Source of the DNA: an uncultured Thermoplasmata archaeon
Lineage (GTDB): Archaea; Thermoplasmatota; Thermoplasmata; UBA10834
Direction: 5' to 3'
Assembly (NCBI GenBank): GCA_964568665.1
Contig: CAZMPY010000005.1
Location: 128,742 to 192,741, forward strand
DNA: 64,000 bases
A program made the translations under genes and the position numbers. Under the pieces are notes generated by a model that saw nothing but the letters and a program-made list of their open reading frames with translations, was not told where the DNA came from and made no database searches. Shown piece after piece: positions 42,820 to 51,624 of this stretch (within the stretch, counting starts at the first letter, position 1; the number at the start of each line of letters is the position of its first letter).

Positions 42820-44003
42820 GCCCTTGCGACGATCTTGATCACGTCGCCGTCCTTGATCACATGGTCGTGACCGATCGTCATGTGGGTCTTCCCGTCGATC
42901 GCCCTGATGAAGTTCTCACCCAGGTCGGTGTGGACTTTGTACGCCATGTCCTTGGCGTTGGTCCCGCGGCGCATCAGGAAGGCGTCCGGGAGCACCCGTC
43001 CCTCCTTGTCCGTCCACCTGTGCTCGTCCTCCACGGGGTAGACCACGACCATGTCAAGGACCTTGTACACCACGTCCTCGAGGACGTTCTGGACGCCCGT
43101 GGTCCGGTTCTCCTTGAGCCAGGATCCCATCTTCTCGAGCGCGCCGATCTGGTTCGCGTTCAGCTTCGACCTGTCGACGAGCTCGAAGTGGTCGCTGCCA
43201 GGGATGTAGCTCACGAGGCCAGCCTTCGCGGCCCGCCGCATGGCCAGCTCGAACTCGGCGCTCGTCGGGACCATCGGGTGGCCCGTGGCCCTGAGCCGGT
43301 CCAGGTTCTCCTTGGGGGCGATGTCCGCCTTGTTGGCGGCTATGATCATCGGCTTGCTGATCTTCTGGAGCGACTGGCAGAACTTCAGCAGGTCCTGGTC
43401 GGTCCAGAGCGTCGCGTCCCCCGCGACCCCGGCGACCCTGAGCGCTGCGAGTATCTGGGGCTCCGTGATGGAGAGGCCCGTGAGCCTATCCGCCAGCTGC
43501 TTCTCGATCTTGATCCCGGCGAGCTTCGCCTGGCGGGCCATCTTGAGGAACTGTTTCTCGAGTATGCCGTTGATCCAGTAGGAGATCTCCTGCTCCAGGA
43601 ACGTGACGTCCTGGACCGGGTCGTGCGTGCCCACTCCGACGGGGTTCCCCTCGAAGTCCGTCCCCCCGCTGGCGTCGACCACGTGTATGAACGCATCCGC
43701 CTGCCTGAGGTCGTCCAGGAACTTGTTCCCCAGGCCCTTCCCCGTGTGCGCGTCGGGCACGAGCCCGGCGACATCGAGGACCTCGATCGGGACGAACCTG
43801 GTGCCGTTCTCGCATATGGAGTTGCGCGGGTTGCACGGCTTGCCGAACCCGGTGTGCGGGCACGGGCTCCGCACGTAGCCTACGCCCTTGTTCGGCTGGA
43901 TGGTCGTGAACGGATACGATGCGATCTGGGCCGTCGCTAGCGTGAGCGCCGAGAAGAATGTCGATTTGCCAACGTTTGGTTTCCCGACTATGCCGACAAG
44001 CAA
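42816..44003 (-). CDS. ychF: YchF/OLA1-family P-loop NTPase with C-terminal TGS domain
   Basis: Start TTG 44003 (GGGGGAG 4 nt upstream) inside ORF 42816..44852. GIVGKPNVGKSTFF (G1), DVAGLV (G3), C-terminal DGDVIKIV (TGS-like). Stop overlaps the polB start (ATGA). Confidence 0.8.
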   Translation of the reverse strand: MLVGIVGKPNVGKSTFFSALTLATAQIASYPFTTIQPNKGVGYVRSPCPHTGFGKPCNPRNSICENGTRFVPIEVLDVAGLVPDAHTGKGLGNKFLDDLRQADAFIHVVDASGGTDFEGNPVGVGTHDPVQDVTFLEQEISYWINGILEKQFLKMARQAKLAGIKIEKQLADRLTGLSITEPQILAALRVAGVAGDATLWTDQDLLKFCQSLQKISKPMIIAANKADIAPKENLDRLRATGHPMVPTSAEFELAMRRAAKAGLVSYIPGSDHFELVDRSKLNANQIGALEKMGSWLKENRTTGVQNVLEDVVYKVLDMVVVYPVEDEHRWTDKEGRVLPDAFLMRRGTNAKDMAYKVHTDLGENFIRAIDGKTHMTIGHDHVIKDGDVIKIVARA

Positions 44004-44114
44004 TCTGCTCCCCCGGCCTTGATGAGGGTATACATAGAAAAACCCTCGGTGTGGCGAGTGGCCGTCCGCACCTCTGGATGAACACCACGTTAACTGATTT
44101 ATACGAGGCTGACG

Positions 44115-45194
44115 ATGCCAGGAACCATGGAGACCGCCATCATTCTCTGCGAAGACGGGTTCGGGAGGGTCGGGGGGAAGACGGCAGCGGGGCTCGTGAG
44201 GCACTCGCTCAGGTTCAAGATCCTCGGAGTCGTGGACAGCACCAAGGCGGGCAAGGATGCGGGGGAGGTCCTGGACGGCAAGAAGAACGGGATCCCCATC
44301 TACGCGTCCGTGAAGGAGGCGGTCTCGAAGGCGAAGCCTGACTGGATCATCGTGGGCGTCGCCACGGTCGGCGGGATGCTCCCGCCGGAGTTCAGGCAGC
44401 CGCTGATGGATGCCATGTCCAGCGGCGTCAATGTCATCTCCGGGCTGCACGAGTGGCTCGGCCAGGACCCTGAGCTCAGGGCCTTCGCAGACAAGCACAG
44501 GGTACAGATCGTCGACATCCGCAAGGAGCCGCCTCTGCCGAAGATGCACTACTTCAAGAACCTCGCCAGCAAGATGGACTGCATCCGGATCCCGGTCCTG
44601 GGGACGGACGCGGCGAGCGGCAAGCGCACGACCGCGGTCATCCTGACGAAGGAGCTGAACGCGAGAGGGATCAGGACGACCTTCGTGGCGACCGGCCAGA
44701 CGGGTCTCCTTCAGGGGTCGAAGTACGGCATCCCCCTGGACGCCATCAGGGGGGACTACGTCGTCGGCGAGCTCGAGAACGCCATCAACGAGGCCTACGT
44801 GAACGAACACCCGGAGGTCATAATCATCGAAGGCCAGGGCGCGCTCAGCCATCCCGCGTATGTCACCGGCTCCCGGACGATAGTCAGCGCGTCGGCCCCC
44901 TCGGCGGTCGTCCTACAGCACGCGCCTGGCAGGAAGTACAGGAGCTTCCACCCGGACGAGCTGCACCTCCCCAACGGCACGATCGACAGGGAGATGGAGC
45001 TCATCAAGGTCTACGCCCACTCGGATGTGGTCGGCATCACCCTGAACCACGAACACCTGACACGGGCCGAGGTCGAGAAGCTCATCGTGGAATACGAGAA
45101 GGAGTACGGTGTCCCGGCCGCGGACATGCTCGTCGACGGGCCTGCCAAGATCGCGGACGCCATCATCAAACGCTTCTTCCCGGGCCGCGCCTGA
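44115..45194 (+). CDS. DUF1611-family protein
   Basis: 359 aa. LGTDAASGKRTTAVILTKELNARGIRTTFVATGQTG and IIEGQGALSHPAY fit my memory of DUF1611. TTTATA at 44097-44102 suggests the real start may be ATG 44127 (METAIILCEDG, leaderless). Confidence 0.55.
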   Translation: MPGTMETAIILCEDGFGRVGGKTAAGLVRHSLRFKILGVVDSTKAGKDAGEVLDGKKNGIPIYASVKEAVSKAKPDWIIVGVATVGGMLPPEFRQPLMDAMSSGVNVISGLHEWLGQDPELRAFADKHRVQIVDIRKEPPLPKMHYFKNLASKMDCIRIPVLGTDAASGKRTTAVILTKELNARGIRTTFVATGQTGLLQGSKYGIPLDAIRGDYVVGELENAINEAYVNEHPEVIIIEGQGALSHPAYVTGSRTIVSASAPSAVVLQHAPGRKYRSFHPDELHLPNGTIDREMELIKVYAHSDVVGITLNHEHLTRAEVEKLIVEYEKEYGVPAADMLVDGPAKIADAIIKRFFPGRA

Positions 45195-45999
45195 GCGCCA
45201 GGAGCGCGTCTGCGAGCTCGCCGATCATCGCAGGGGTGAGGGTCTCCGGCCTCTCGGACGCATAGGGCAGCGTGACCAGCTGGTCCGCGACTTCTGGCGT
45301 CACGAGGTCCGACACCGCCGGGTCCTTCGCCAGCGAGTTCGATATCTTCTTCCGCCTGTGCGAGAAGATGGCCTGCGTCACCTTGTAGAACACCTGCTCG
45401 TCCACCACCTTGAACGGCGGCTCCCTGGGCACGAGCCTCACGACGCACGAGTCGACCCCTGGCTGCGGCCAGAAGGCGTGCCTCGGCACACCGAACATGA
45501 TCTCGCAGTCGGCCCTGTACGCCACGCCGACGGAGAGCCTCCCGTACTCGCCCGTCCCCGGCTTCGCGACCATCCTCTCCGCGAACTCCCGCTGGAGCAT
45601 CACGACCGCCACCTTGAAGCCGGTCCCGAGGAGCTTGAAGATGATCGGCGAGGATATCTGATACGGCAGGTTCGAAACGACCTTGTCGAAGGACGGCAGG
45701 AAGGCCTTGACGGCATCCGCCTGTATGACCTTCACGCGGTCCCCGAACCTGCGCTCGAGGAACCTGCAGAACGCGGCGTCCTGCTCCACGGCCACGACTT
45801 TCGCCCCGGACCTCAGTATCTCCTCGGTCAGGTTGCCTATCCCAGGGCCGATCTCGAGGACGGTGTCGCCGCCGCGGAGATGGGCGTACTCCACCTGCCT
45901 CCGGATGACCGATTCGTCCAGCAGGAAGTTCTGGCCGAGCCTCTTGGACGGGCGCTTGCCGATGGACTCGAGTACGGTCTTGACCTCTTCGGCCCTCAT
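45166..45999 (-). CDS. rsmA: 16S rRNA (adenine-N6,N6)-dimethyltransferase (KsgA/Dim1)
   Basis: 277 aa. LGQNFLLDESVIRRQV, SAM motif VLEIGPGIGNLT, VSNLPYQISSP. Confidence 0.9.
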   Translation of the reverse strand: MRAEEVKTVLESIGKRPSKRLGQNFLLDESVIRRQVEYAHLRGGDTVLEIGPGIGNLTEEILRSGAKVVAVEQDAAFCRFLERRFGDRVKVIQADAVKAFLPSFDKVVSNLPYQISSPIIFKLLGTGFKVAVVMLQREFAERMVAKPGTGEYGRLSVGVAYRADCEIMFGVPRHAFWPQPGVDSCVVRLVPREPPFKVVDEQVFYKVTQAIFSHRRKKISNSLAKDPAVSDLVTPEVADQLVTLPYASERPETLTPAMIGELADALLALRRGPGRSV

Positions 46000-46020
46000 C
46001 GGAACAGCGACCTTGGGCCC

Positions 46021-46575
46021 TCACCTGGCCACGAAGAGCCGGTACTTCTCGTCCGGGTTCGCCAGCTCCGCCTCGATCCTCTTAGCCACGAGCTTCTCGA
46101 TCTGGTGCGCCATGGGCACGCGCTTCGATATGTCCTCGAACGACTTGAACGGGCCCTTCTTGCGCTCCTCGATGATGCCCCACATGGTCTTCTTGCCCAG
46201 CCCCGGGAGGAGCTCGAGCATATGGAACCGCGTGGTGATGGCCTGTGCCTCGTTGAAGAACTTCACGAACCGCTCCTCATGGGCCCTGATGATACCCGTG
46301 ATGACGATCTGGAGCTCGCTCTGCGAACCGTGCGTGAGCTCGTTGAACCCTATGCGCCTCTTGACATGCAGAATCTCCTGCCTGAGGTCGAGGTCCTTGC
46401 CTATGTATATCTTGTCCCCGACCGCGAGGTTGACATTGTCCTTCGGGACGAGCTCGAAGAGCTTGAACTGGTCCTCCCCCAGGGCATAGGCCACCGGCTC
46501 GCGCCTGAACATGTTATCGTCCGGCTTGCCATGGGGCAAGTAATCTAGTATCCTTGCGTAGTCCTCCAACGACAA
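46021..46575 (-). CDS. DUF655-family protein (archaeal, HhH-containing)
   Basis: 184 aa. EDYARILDYLPHGKPDD start and LELLPGLGKKTMWGIIEERKKGPF helix-hairpin-helix region. Sits in the Rpo4-L21e-DUF655-KsgA gene string, which as I recall is conserved among archaea. Confidence 0.7.
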   Translation of the reverse strand: MSLEDYARILDYLPHGKPDDNMFRREPVAYALGEDQFKLFELVPKDNVNLAVGDKIYIGKDLDLRQEILHVKRRIGFNELTHGSQSELQIVITGIIRAHEERFVKFFNEAQAITTRFHMLELLPGLGKKTMWGIIEERKKGPFKSFEDISKRVPMAHQIEKLVAKRIEAELANPDEKYRLFVAR

Positions 46576-46592
46576 TCCCCCGCCAAAGCCCG

Positions 46593-46922
46593 TCAGAGAT
46601 ACTTCTCTACTACGCTAAGTATCTTTTCGATGTCCTTCTTCTCGACGGTCGAACGTTCCTTCGCGAATATGGCCCTCACATCGTCCGAATGGTTGGGCAT
46701 GATGTCGGCGATCTTCACCGCATTGATCTCCGACACGAAACCGAGTTCGGACAGCTCCTTGACCAGCTTCCTTGCCTTCTTGGCGTCGATTCGGGAGAAC
46801 CTCTGGGAGTGCTCGAGGGCGAGCTTCTGCTCCATCGTGAGCTCCCCGCCCTGCTGGCGCAGCTCGATGATCTCCTTCACCTCCGCAAGCGTGGCTATCT
46901 TCTTGTCTTCCATATAGAACAC
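46593..46922 (-). CDS. rpoF: DNA-directed RNA polymerase subunit Rpo4 (F)
   Basis: 109 aa. LAEVKEIIELRQQ...EQKLALEHSQRF...KARKLVKELSELGFVSEINAVKIADIMP, typical Rpo4/F. Confidence 0.8.
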   Translation of the reverse strand: MFYMEDKKIATLAEVKEIIELRQQGGELTMEQKLALEHSQRFSRIDAKKARKLVKELSELGFVSEINAVKIADIMPNHSDDVRAIFAKERSTVEKKDIEKILSVVEKYL

Positions 46923-46930
46923 CAGCCGGT

Positions 46931-47338
46931 CTAAGGCTTCGTGGCCTGCTTCGTGGCCTGCTTCGCAATCTGCTTCGCGGCCTGCTTCGCAATCTGCTTC
47001 GTGGCCTGCTCCGTGCCCTGCTTATTGACCCGCTTCGCACCCTGCTTATTGACCTTCCTGAGGTGCTCAGGCCTGGCGATGACCTGCTTCTTCTTGCCGC
47101 CGTCCATGAAGTCTACCCTGTAGGCTTTGCCCGACTGGCTGACGACGGTGCCTGTGTTACCCTGGAACTTCACATGCGGCATTCCCTTGTGAACGCTCGG
47201 GTCGATGGCGATGTTCGCCATCTCGCCGATCTCGAACTTCTGGAATTGATGGGTGATCGGGGAGAGACCTCTCTCTCTCGCGCGCTTCTGCAACACGTTC
47301 CGCGTCCTGCGCCTGTAACCTTTGGAGGATTTAACCAT
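46931..47338 (-). CDS. rpl21e: 50S ribosomal protein L21e with 40-aa repetitive C-terminal extension
   Basis: 135 aa. MVKSSKGYRRRTRNVLQK...VHKGMPHVKFQGNTGTVV...VIARPEHLRK is full-length L21e. It is followed by VNKQGAKR VNKQGTEQ ATKQ IAKQ AAKQ IAKQ ATKQ ATKP. Confidence 0.9.
   Translation of the reverse strand: MVKSSKGYRRRTRNVLQKRARERGLSPITHQFQKFEIGEMANIAIDPSVHKGMPHVKFQGNTGTVVSQSGKAYRVDFMDGGKKKQVIARPEHLRKVNKQGAKRVNKQGTEQATKQIAKQAAKQIAKQATKQATKP
46934..47053 (-). repeat. in-frame tandem repeats (2 x 24 nt, then 6 x 12 nt) encoding the L21e tail
   Basis: Plus strand reads aggcttcgtggc ctgcttcgtggc ctgcttcgcaat ctgcttcgcggc ctgcttcgcaat ctgcttcgtggc, then ...ctgcttattgacccgcttcgcacc ctgcttattgaccttcctgaggtg. 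Confidence 0.85.
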
Positions 47339-47341
47339 GAC

Positions 47342-48649
47342 TTACGCCCCCTTGTCTCCGATCCCGATGACATCGAGCTCGACAACCTGACAGGGCACGC
47401 CTACGACCTCGGCGACATTGGGCTGAGTGCGCCCGTTGTCCCCGTGCATCAGTTCCTTGATGTATGTGCCGCTATCCGCCTCGATGACGAACACAACCTC
47501 AAGGCCTTCGATGGCCTCCAAGTCTATCCGTCTTACGGTCCTCTGACGCTCTATGTCCGCCCGTCGATGGACAACCCTGTTCGGAGTGAGCTGAGCTATG
47601 GGTTTTTCAACCCATAACCTAACTATGTCTTTAAGTTTTCTGTCGTCGAATTCGTGCTGGAAGCGCACCCTCACACGGTAGGTCTTGGGGCTGGCAGCCG
47701 CCTTGATGGCCTGCACCTCGGACTTCTTCGACGGCCTGAGGCCCTCCACCTCGACCTCCCCCTTGGCACCTTCGTTGACCTCGCGCTCGATGGCCCCGAG
47801 GTCGAGGAACCGCATCCGGGGGCGTCTGACCTCGACCACGAACGGGCGGCCGTTCCCGAGCATGCGCGCGTCTATGTCCTCGCGGCCCATCCCGTGGAAG
47901 AAATCGTCCTCACCGCCTGCGTGACGCATGACGACCGGCCCGACCTTGTCCTGGACGCTCGTCTCGTACATCCGCCCCTTCCCCCCACAGTGGGGACACC
48001 CCTTGCCCCTGCACTCCCTGCATGGCCATCTGGTCTGTGGAATCCCGCGGGAGAACTTCCTGTACCGCCCGTACACGAACAGGGGAGCGACATCGATGAC
48101 CACGCGGTCGAACATCGTGTCGACCAGGAAGACCATATCTGGGTTCGTGAAGTCCACCTTCTTCCCCAGCCGCGCCTCGACCAGCTTGCCGATCTCCCTG
48201 TTGAGCTCGGTCTTGACCGACTCAGTCTCCTTGGCACCCAGGTCCGTCCAGAGCTGCTCCTCCTTCTCGATCAGCTCGGCATCCACCTTGGTGCCCACCA
48301 GGAACGTCGCGTACTCGAACCCCTCTGCGGACTTGACGGCCAGGTCAGCGAACTTGCCCAACTCGGAGAACAGACCCCTGCACACGGGGCAGTCGTCGGC
48401 CTTCGACTCCACTGGCGCATCCGGGCCCATCGCCACCCTGACGAGCCTGCCCCGCTGGTCGTTCGAGAGACCTCTGGACACGGTTGCGAAAAGTCTGCCG
48501 AGGCAGTGGTTGCACAGGGGGCGCTCAAGCGCTCGTCCTGCGATCTCAAGTCGTGCGGACATCGACACCGTCTCGGAGGTCGTGCCGATATATATTGGTT
48601 CCCTGGCAACCGGGCCGTCCAGAACATGCGGGCGCACACAGACGGGCAC
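47342..48649 (-). CDS. pus10: tRNA pseudouridine(54/55) synthase Pus10
   Basis: 435-aa ORF (GTG 48649; alternative ATG 48562 = MSARLEIAGRALERPLCNHCLGRLF). N-terminal Zn motifs CNHC/CPVC, CRECRGKGCPHCGG. C-terminal ADSGTYIKELMHGDNGRTQPN. Confidence 0.8.
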   Translation of the reverse strand: MPVCVRPHVLDGPVAREPIYIGTTSETVSMSARLEIAGRALERPLCNHCLGRLFATVSRGLSNDQRGRLVRVAMGPDAPVESKADDCPVCRGLFSELGKFADLAVKSAEGFEYATFLVGTKVDAELIEKEEQLWTDLGAKETESVKTELNREIGKLVEARLGKKVDFTNPDMVFLVDTMFDRVVIDVAPLFVYGRYRKFSRGIPQTRWPCRECRGKGCPHCGGKGRMYETSVQDKVGPVVMRHAGGEDDFFHGMGREDIDARMLGNGRPFVVEVRRPRMRFLDLGAIEREVNEGAKGEVEVEGLRPSKKSEVQAIKAAASPKTYRVRVRFQHEFDDRKLKDIVRLWVEKPIAQLTPNRVVHRRADIERQRTVRRIDLEAIEGLEVVFVIEADSGTYIKELMHGDNGRTQPNVAEVVGVPCQVVELDVIGIGDKGA

Positions 48650-48668
48650 GTCGGATACCCTCCGGAAA

Positions 48669-48678
48669 GGCTATAGCC
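48669..48678. promoter_or_regulatory. palindromic TATA element in a 58-bp divergent intergenic region
   Basis: GGCTATAGCC at 48669-48678. Centre is about 25 nt from GTG 48649 (minus) and about 35 nt from ATG 48708 (plus, which has GAGGGA in front). Confidence 0.4.
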
Positions 48679-48707
48679 CCCGGCCCATGTTCGGATGAGC
48701 TGAGGGA

Positions 48708-49121
48708 ATGATAGGCGGAGGGACATATCAGCCGCGAGGCGCTGGATGGATCGGCCTTACGGTCATCGGGATCATATTCGTCTTCTCAGGGTGCGCCACG
48801 CTCGCGATGTCATCGGTCATGTTTGACCAGAGCAGCGACCCATTCTTCGAGGACACCACCGACGGGTTCTCCACGGTGGCGACGGTCATGGGCGTCGGAA
48901 CCATCCTGGTCGGCGCCATCCTCCTGCTGCTGAGCTGGAAGGTGAAGGGGCGGGAGGAGGCGCAGGAGGATTATCAGAGAGACCTTGTCAGCGCCCAGTT
49001 CCAGGCCGCGCAGCCCGTGCCCGAGAGGACCGTCGAAGTCATCAAGGTAAGGTGCAGGTACTGCGGCTCGCTCAACGACACGGGAGCCTCAAAGTGCGTA
49101 TCCTGCGGCGCGACCCTCTGA
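48708..49121 (+). CDS. hypothetical membrane protein with C-terminal zinc ribbon
   Basis: 137 aa. Two TM helices (WIGLTVIGIIFVFSGCATLAM, VATVMGVGTILVGAILLLLSW) and a terminal CRYCGSLNDTGASKCVSCG. Confidence 0.55.
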   Translation: MIGGGTYQPRGAGWIGLTVIGIIFVFSGCATLAMSSVMFDQSSDPFFEDTTDGFSTVATVMGVGTILVGAILLLLSWKVKGREEAQEDYQRDLVSAQFQAAQPVPERTVEVIKVRCRYCGSLNDTGASKCVSCGATL

Positions 49122-49127
49122 CCGGGC

Positions 49128-49673
49128 TCACACGCCGACGCATTCCAGCTTCTCAGAACAGTAGCCCCAGAGCGGGGCGTCCGACGCCGTGACGATGGTC
49201 TCGAACCAGCTCTTCAGCGCGGGTCTCAGGGCGTGCACCGCCTTCTCGACACTGAACTCCGCGAGCGGGGCGTCGTACACATGATAGTTGACGAACACTG
49301 GCTTGCCCCTCACCTCATCCTCCTCCAAGGAGAAGACCAGCCTGATGCGGTCGTCCCCCCTCTGCGAGTAGACCTCGGAGACCAGGGCGTGCCTCCTGCC
49401 GAAGCTGCCGCCGAGCTCGACCCGGTCCATGGTCCGGTAGTTGGCCGTCTCGTTCAGGGCCCAGTTCATCTTGCCCTCGTACATCCCCAGCGCGTGTGGC
49501 GATGGTGCCATGTCCAGCTTCCGCCCCGTCTCGAGGGCGAACCTCGTCCAGAGCCTCAGGAGCATGTGGGCCGCCAGCTTCATGGCCTTCTCCCGCTCGC
49601 TGGAGGCGGGCACATCGTCGTACGGGATGTGCTGCATGTCCTGCTCGACCGACTTGACCAAATCCTCGGGCAT
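49128..49673 (-). CDS. hypothetical protein
   Basis: 181-aa ORF with normal amino-acid composition and G/C-rich third positions. No motif recognised. Confidence 0.5.
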   Translation of the reverse strand: MPEDLVKSVEQDMQHIPYDDVPASSEREKAMKLAAHMLLRLWTRFALETGRKLDMAPSPHALGMYEGKMNWALNETANYRTMDRVELGGSFGRRHALVSEVYSQRGDDRIRLVFSLEEDEVRGKPVFVNYHVYDAPLAEFSVEKAVHALRPALKSWFETIVTASDAPLWGYCSEKLECVGV

Positions 49674-49726
49674 ATCCGCTCGGATAATCAGGTTGTACCT
49701 ATTTCAATCGTGCCCAGGATGTGGTC

Positions 49727-50269
49727 CTAGAAGCCCATCCCGTCGACCTTGATCTGCATCCTGCGCCCTTCAAGGAACTTGTACACGGCCGCGTGCTCGC
49801 TCCCTGACAGGAGCATGTCAAGCGCGCGCGCTGCGACGTTGATCTGGACCGCATCCCCTATCGCCGCAACGGTGTTGCCGTAGACCGATATGAAAGCGCC
49901 TGTGAGCTCCTCGATGATCTCCCGGGTACGCCCATTGGTGCCGATCACCCTCGCGCGCATGCGCCCCACGTGTTCCACCTTCTTCCCCACGTAGTCCCTG
50001 ATGTCCATGACCTCCAGGAAGTAGCCGTCCTCCAGGAGCTTCACGGCCTTCTCGGCCGAGAACCCGCGTCCTATGGCCGTGACGACATCCGTGACCGCGA
50101 GCGCCATCGACGGGTCCTTGGCGTGGGTGTGATCGATCCCCACATCCCCCTCCTCGGAGTCTATGGTGAGCTTCACCCCTGAACGCTTCTCGATCAGGGA
50201 CCTCGTCTCGCCCCCCGTGCCTATGAGGACGCCAATCCTGTCCGTCGGTATCCTGACGAGCTGCGTCAT
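49727..50269 (-). CDS. KH-domain RNA-binding protein (archaeal Dim2/Pno1-like)
   Basis: 180 aa. Two KH modules (IGVLIGTGGETRSLIEKRSGVKL, RVIGTNGRTREIIEELTGA). 4-nt overlap with the RIO kinase gene. aIF-1A/Rio/KH gene string, conserved among archaea as I recall. Confidence 0.75.
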   Translation of the reverse strand: MTQLVRIPTDRIGVLIGTGGETRSLIEKRSGVKLTIDSEEGDVGIDHTHAKDPSMALAVTDVVTAIGRGFSAEKAVKLLEDGYFLEVMDIRDYVGKKVEHVGRMRARVIGTNGRTREIIEELTGAFISVYGNTVAAIGDAVQINVAARALDMLLSGSEHAAVYKFLEGRRMQIKVDGMGF

Positions 50270-51042
50270 TTGCCTATGACCTCCTTCATCTCACTGGCTG
50301 CATCGATGGAAACGCCTAACCTTTTGAAATACCTTGCTATGTTCCTCAGATCCCGCTCCAGGAACTCCCTGGCCATGGGATGGCCGGTCAGGACGGCCTG
50401 TCCGACATCTATGAACACGAGCTCGTCGCCCTTGACGAGGACGTTGTACTCGCTCAGGTCCGCGTGCACGAGCTGGGCCTTCTGGAAACCCTGTCTCACG
50501 AACTCCAGCATCTGGTGCGCCACGTCCGCGGGGTCCTCCAGCTTCACGTTCCTCAGCTCCAGGGCAGGGGCGACCTCGTCGCCGATGTACTCCATGACTA
50601 TGATGTTCTGGTTGCGCGCGACGGCCTTCGGGACCCGCAGGCCGGCCTCGGTGTACCGCTGGAGGTTCCTGAACTCCTTCGAGGCCCATGCGAGTATGAG
50701 CTTCCTCCTGTTAGTCATGATGCCTTTGAACCTCGGGTCCCCGTTGATGTACTTGGCCATGTCCATGAAGGTGGCGTTGGATGTGCGATATATCTTGACC
50801 GCCAGGAGCTTCCCGTCCTCTGTGGACGCCCTGAAGACGTTGCCCTCCTTGCCCGTCGATATCGGGAAGTCGAGCCTGTCTATCACGCCGTCCGTGAACA
50901 GCTTGTAGACCCTGAGGAGGTTCTCCTTGTTGAACACCTCGTCATAGGTCTTCCTGTCATCGTCGTCCCTGCGGCGCATGCGCCAGGAATCACGCTGGCG
51001 CTCAAGCATGTGTTCGAATTCCTGCAGCTTTTTCGCGCCCAA
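50266..51042 (-). CDS. RIO-type serine protein kinase (Rio1-like)
   Basis: 258 aa. ISTGKEGNVF nucleotide loop, AVKIYR, LVHADLSEYNVLV catalytic loop, IDVGQAV. Confidence 0.85.
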   Translation of the reverse strand: MGAKKLQEFEHMLERQRDSWRMRRRDDDDRKTYDEVFNKENLLRVYKLFTDGVIDRLDFPISTGKEGNVFRASTEDGKLLAVKIYRTSNATFMDMAKYINGDPRFKGIMTNRRKLILAWASKEFRNLQRYTEAGLRVPKAVARNQNIIVMEYIGDEVAPALELRNVKLEDPADVAHQMLEFVRQGFQKAQLVHADLSEYNVLVKGDELVFIDVGQAVLTGHPMAREFLERDLRNIARYFKRLGVSIDAASEMKEVIGK

Positions 51043-51060
51043 GGGTCCTCCCCGAAAGGC

Positions 51061-51375
51061 TCAGAATACGTCGATCGACTTGGGGATCATCTTCTTCCTG
51101 CTCAGGTACATCGCCTGCGTCTTCGTGTACCTGTAGACGATGTTGGCCTTCTCGTCCTGGAACTCCCACGGCTGGACGATGACGAGGTCGCCCTCACGGA
51201 TCCACATACGCTTCTTGATCTTGCCAGGGATGCGACCCATCCTGGCCACGCCGTCGGCGCACTGTATCCGGATCCTCGACGCGCCCATGAGCTGGTCCGC
51301 TATGCCGAAGATCTCGTTCTCCTTCTTCCTCGGGAGGCGCACCCTGACGAACTCAGGCATGCCGTCTGGGCCCAT
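51061..51375 (-). CDS. eif1a: translation initiation factor aIF-1A
   Basis: Start ATG 51375 ([24 protein letters not shown]) inside ORF 51061..51423. S1/OB core [37 protein letters not shown]. Confidence 0.85.
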   Translation of the reverse strand: MGPDGMPEFVRVRLPRKKENEIFGIADQLMGASRIRIQCADGVARMGRIPGKIKKRMWIREGDLVIVQPWEFQDEKANIVYRYTKTQAMYLSRKKMIPKSIDVF

Positions 51376-51624
51376 CACCGCCGCTTCTTCTTGCTGATTT
51401 CTCCTGAACCGCAAAGGTCTCAACCAGTGCTTGAAGTAACATTCTGCCCATACTTAAGGGTGCTGGGCCCGGCCGAGCCACATGAATCTGTCCAGTTGGA
51501 CAACGGGAACCTCCCTGGAATGAGACCGTGTCTCAAACCGGACATCGCGTCCGCGCAATGTTGCTCGCTTGTCGCCACACACTAATACGCTCTTGAGAAT
51601 CGACGGGGACGGAAGCGAAGCACG

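Noticed and set aside
44004-44852. N-terminal 283 codons of ORF 42816..44852
   Set aside because: Antisense to the DUF1611 gene and the intergenic region. YchF homology (P-loop at the very N-terminus) begins at TTG 44003, which has GGGGGAG in front.
45109-46548. 479-aa plus-strand ORF
   Set aside because: Antisense to rsmA and the DUF655 gene. Same shadow-frame composition.
46934-47053. 12- and 24-nt tandem repeats considered as a non-coding minisatellite or degenerate CRISPR-like array
   Set aside because: The repeats are contiguous with no spacers, lie in frame with L21e and keep the reading frame open to a normal stop. They are a coding low-complexity tail.
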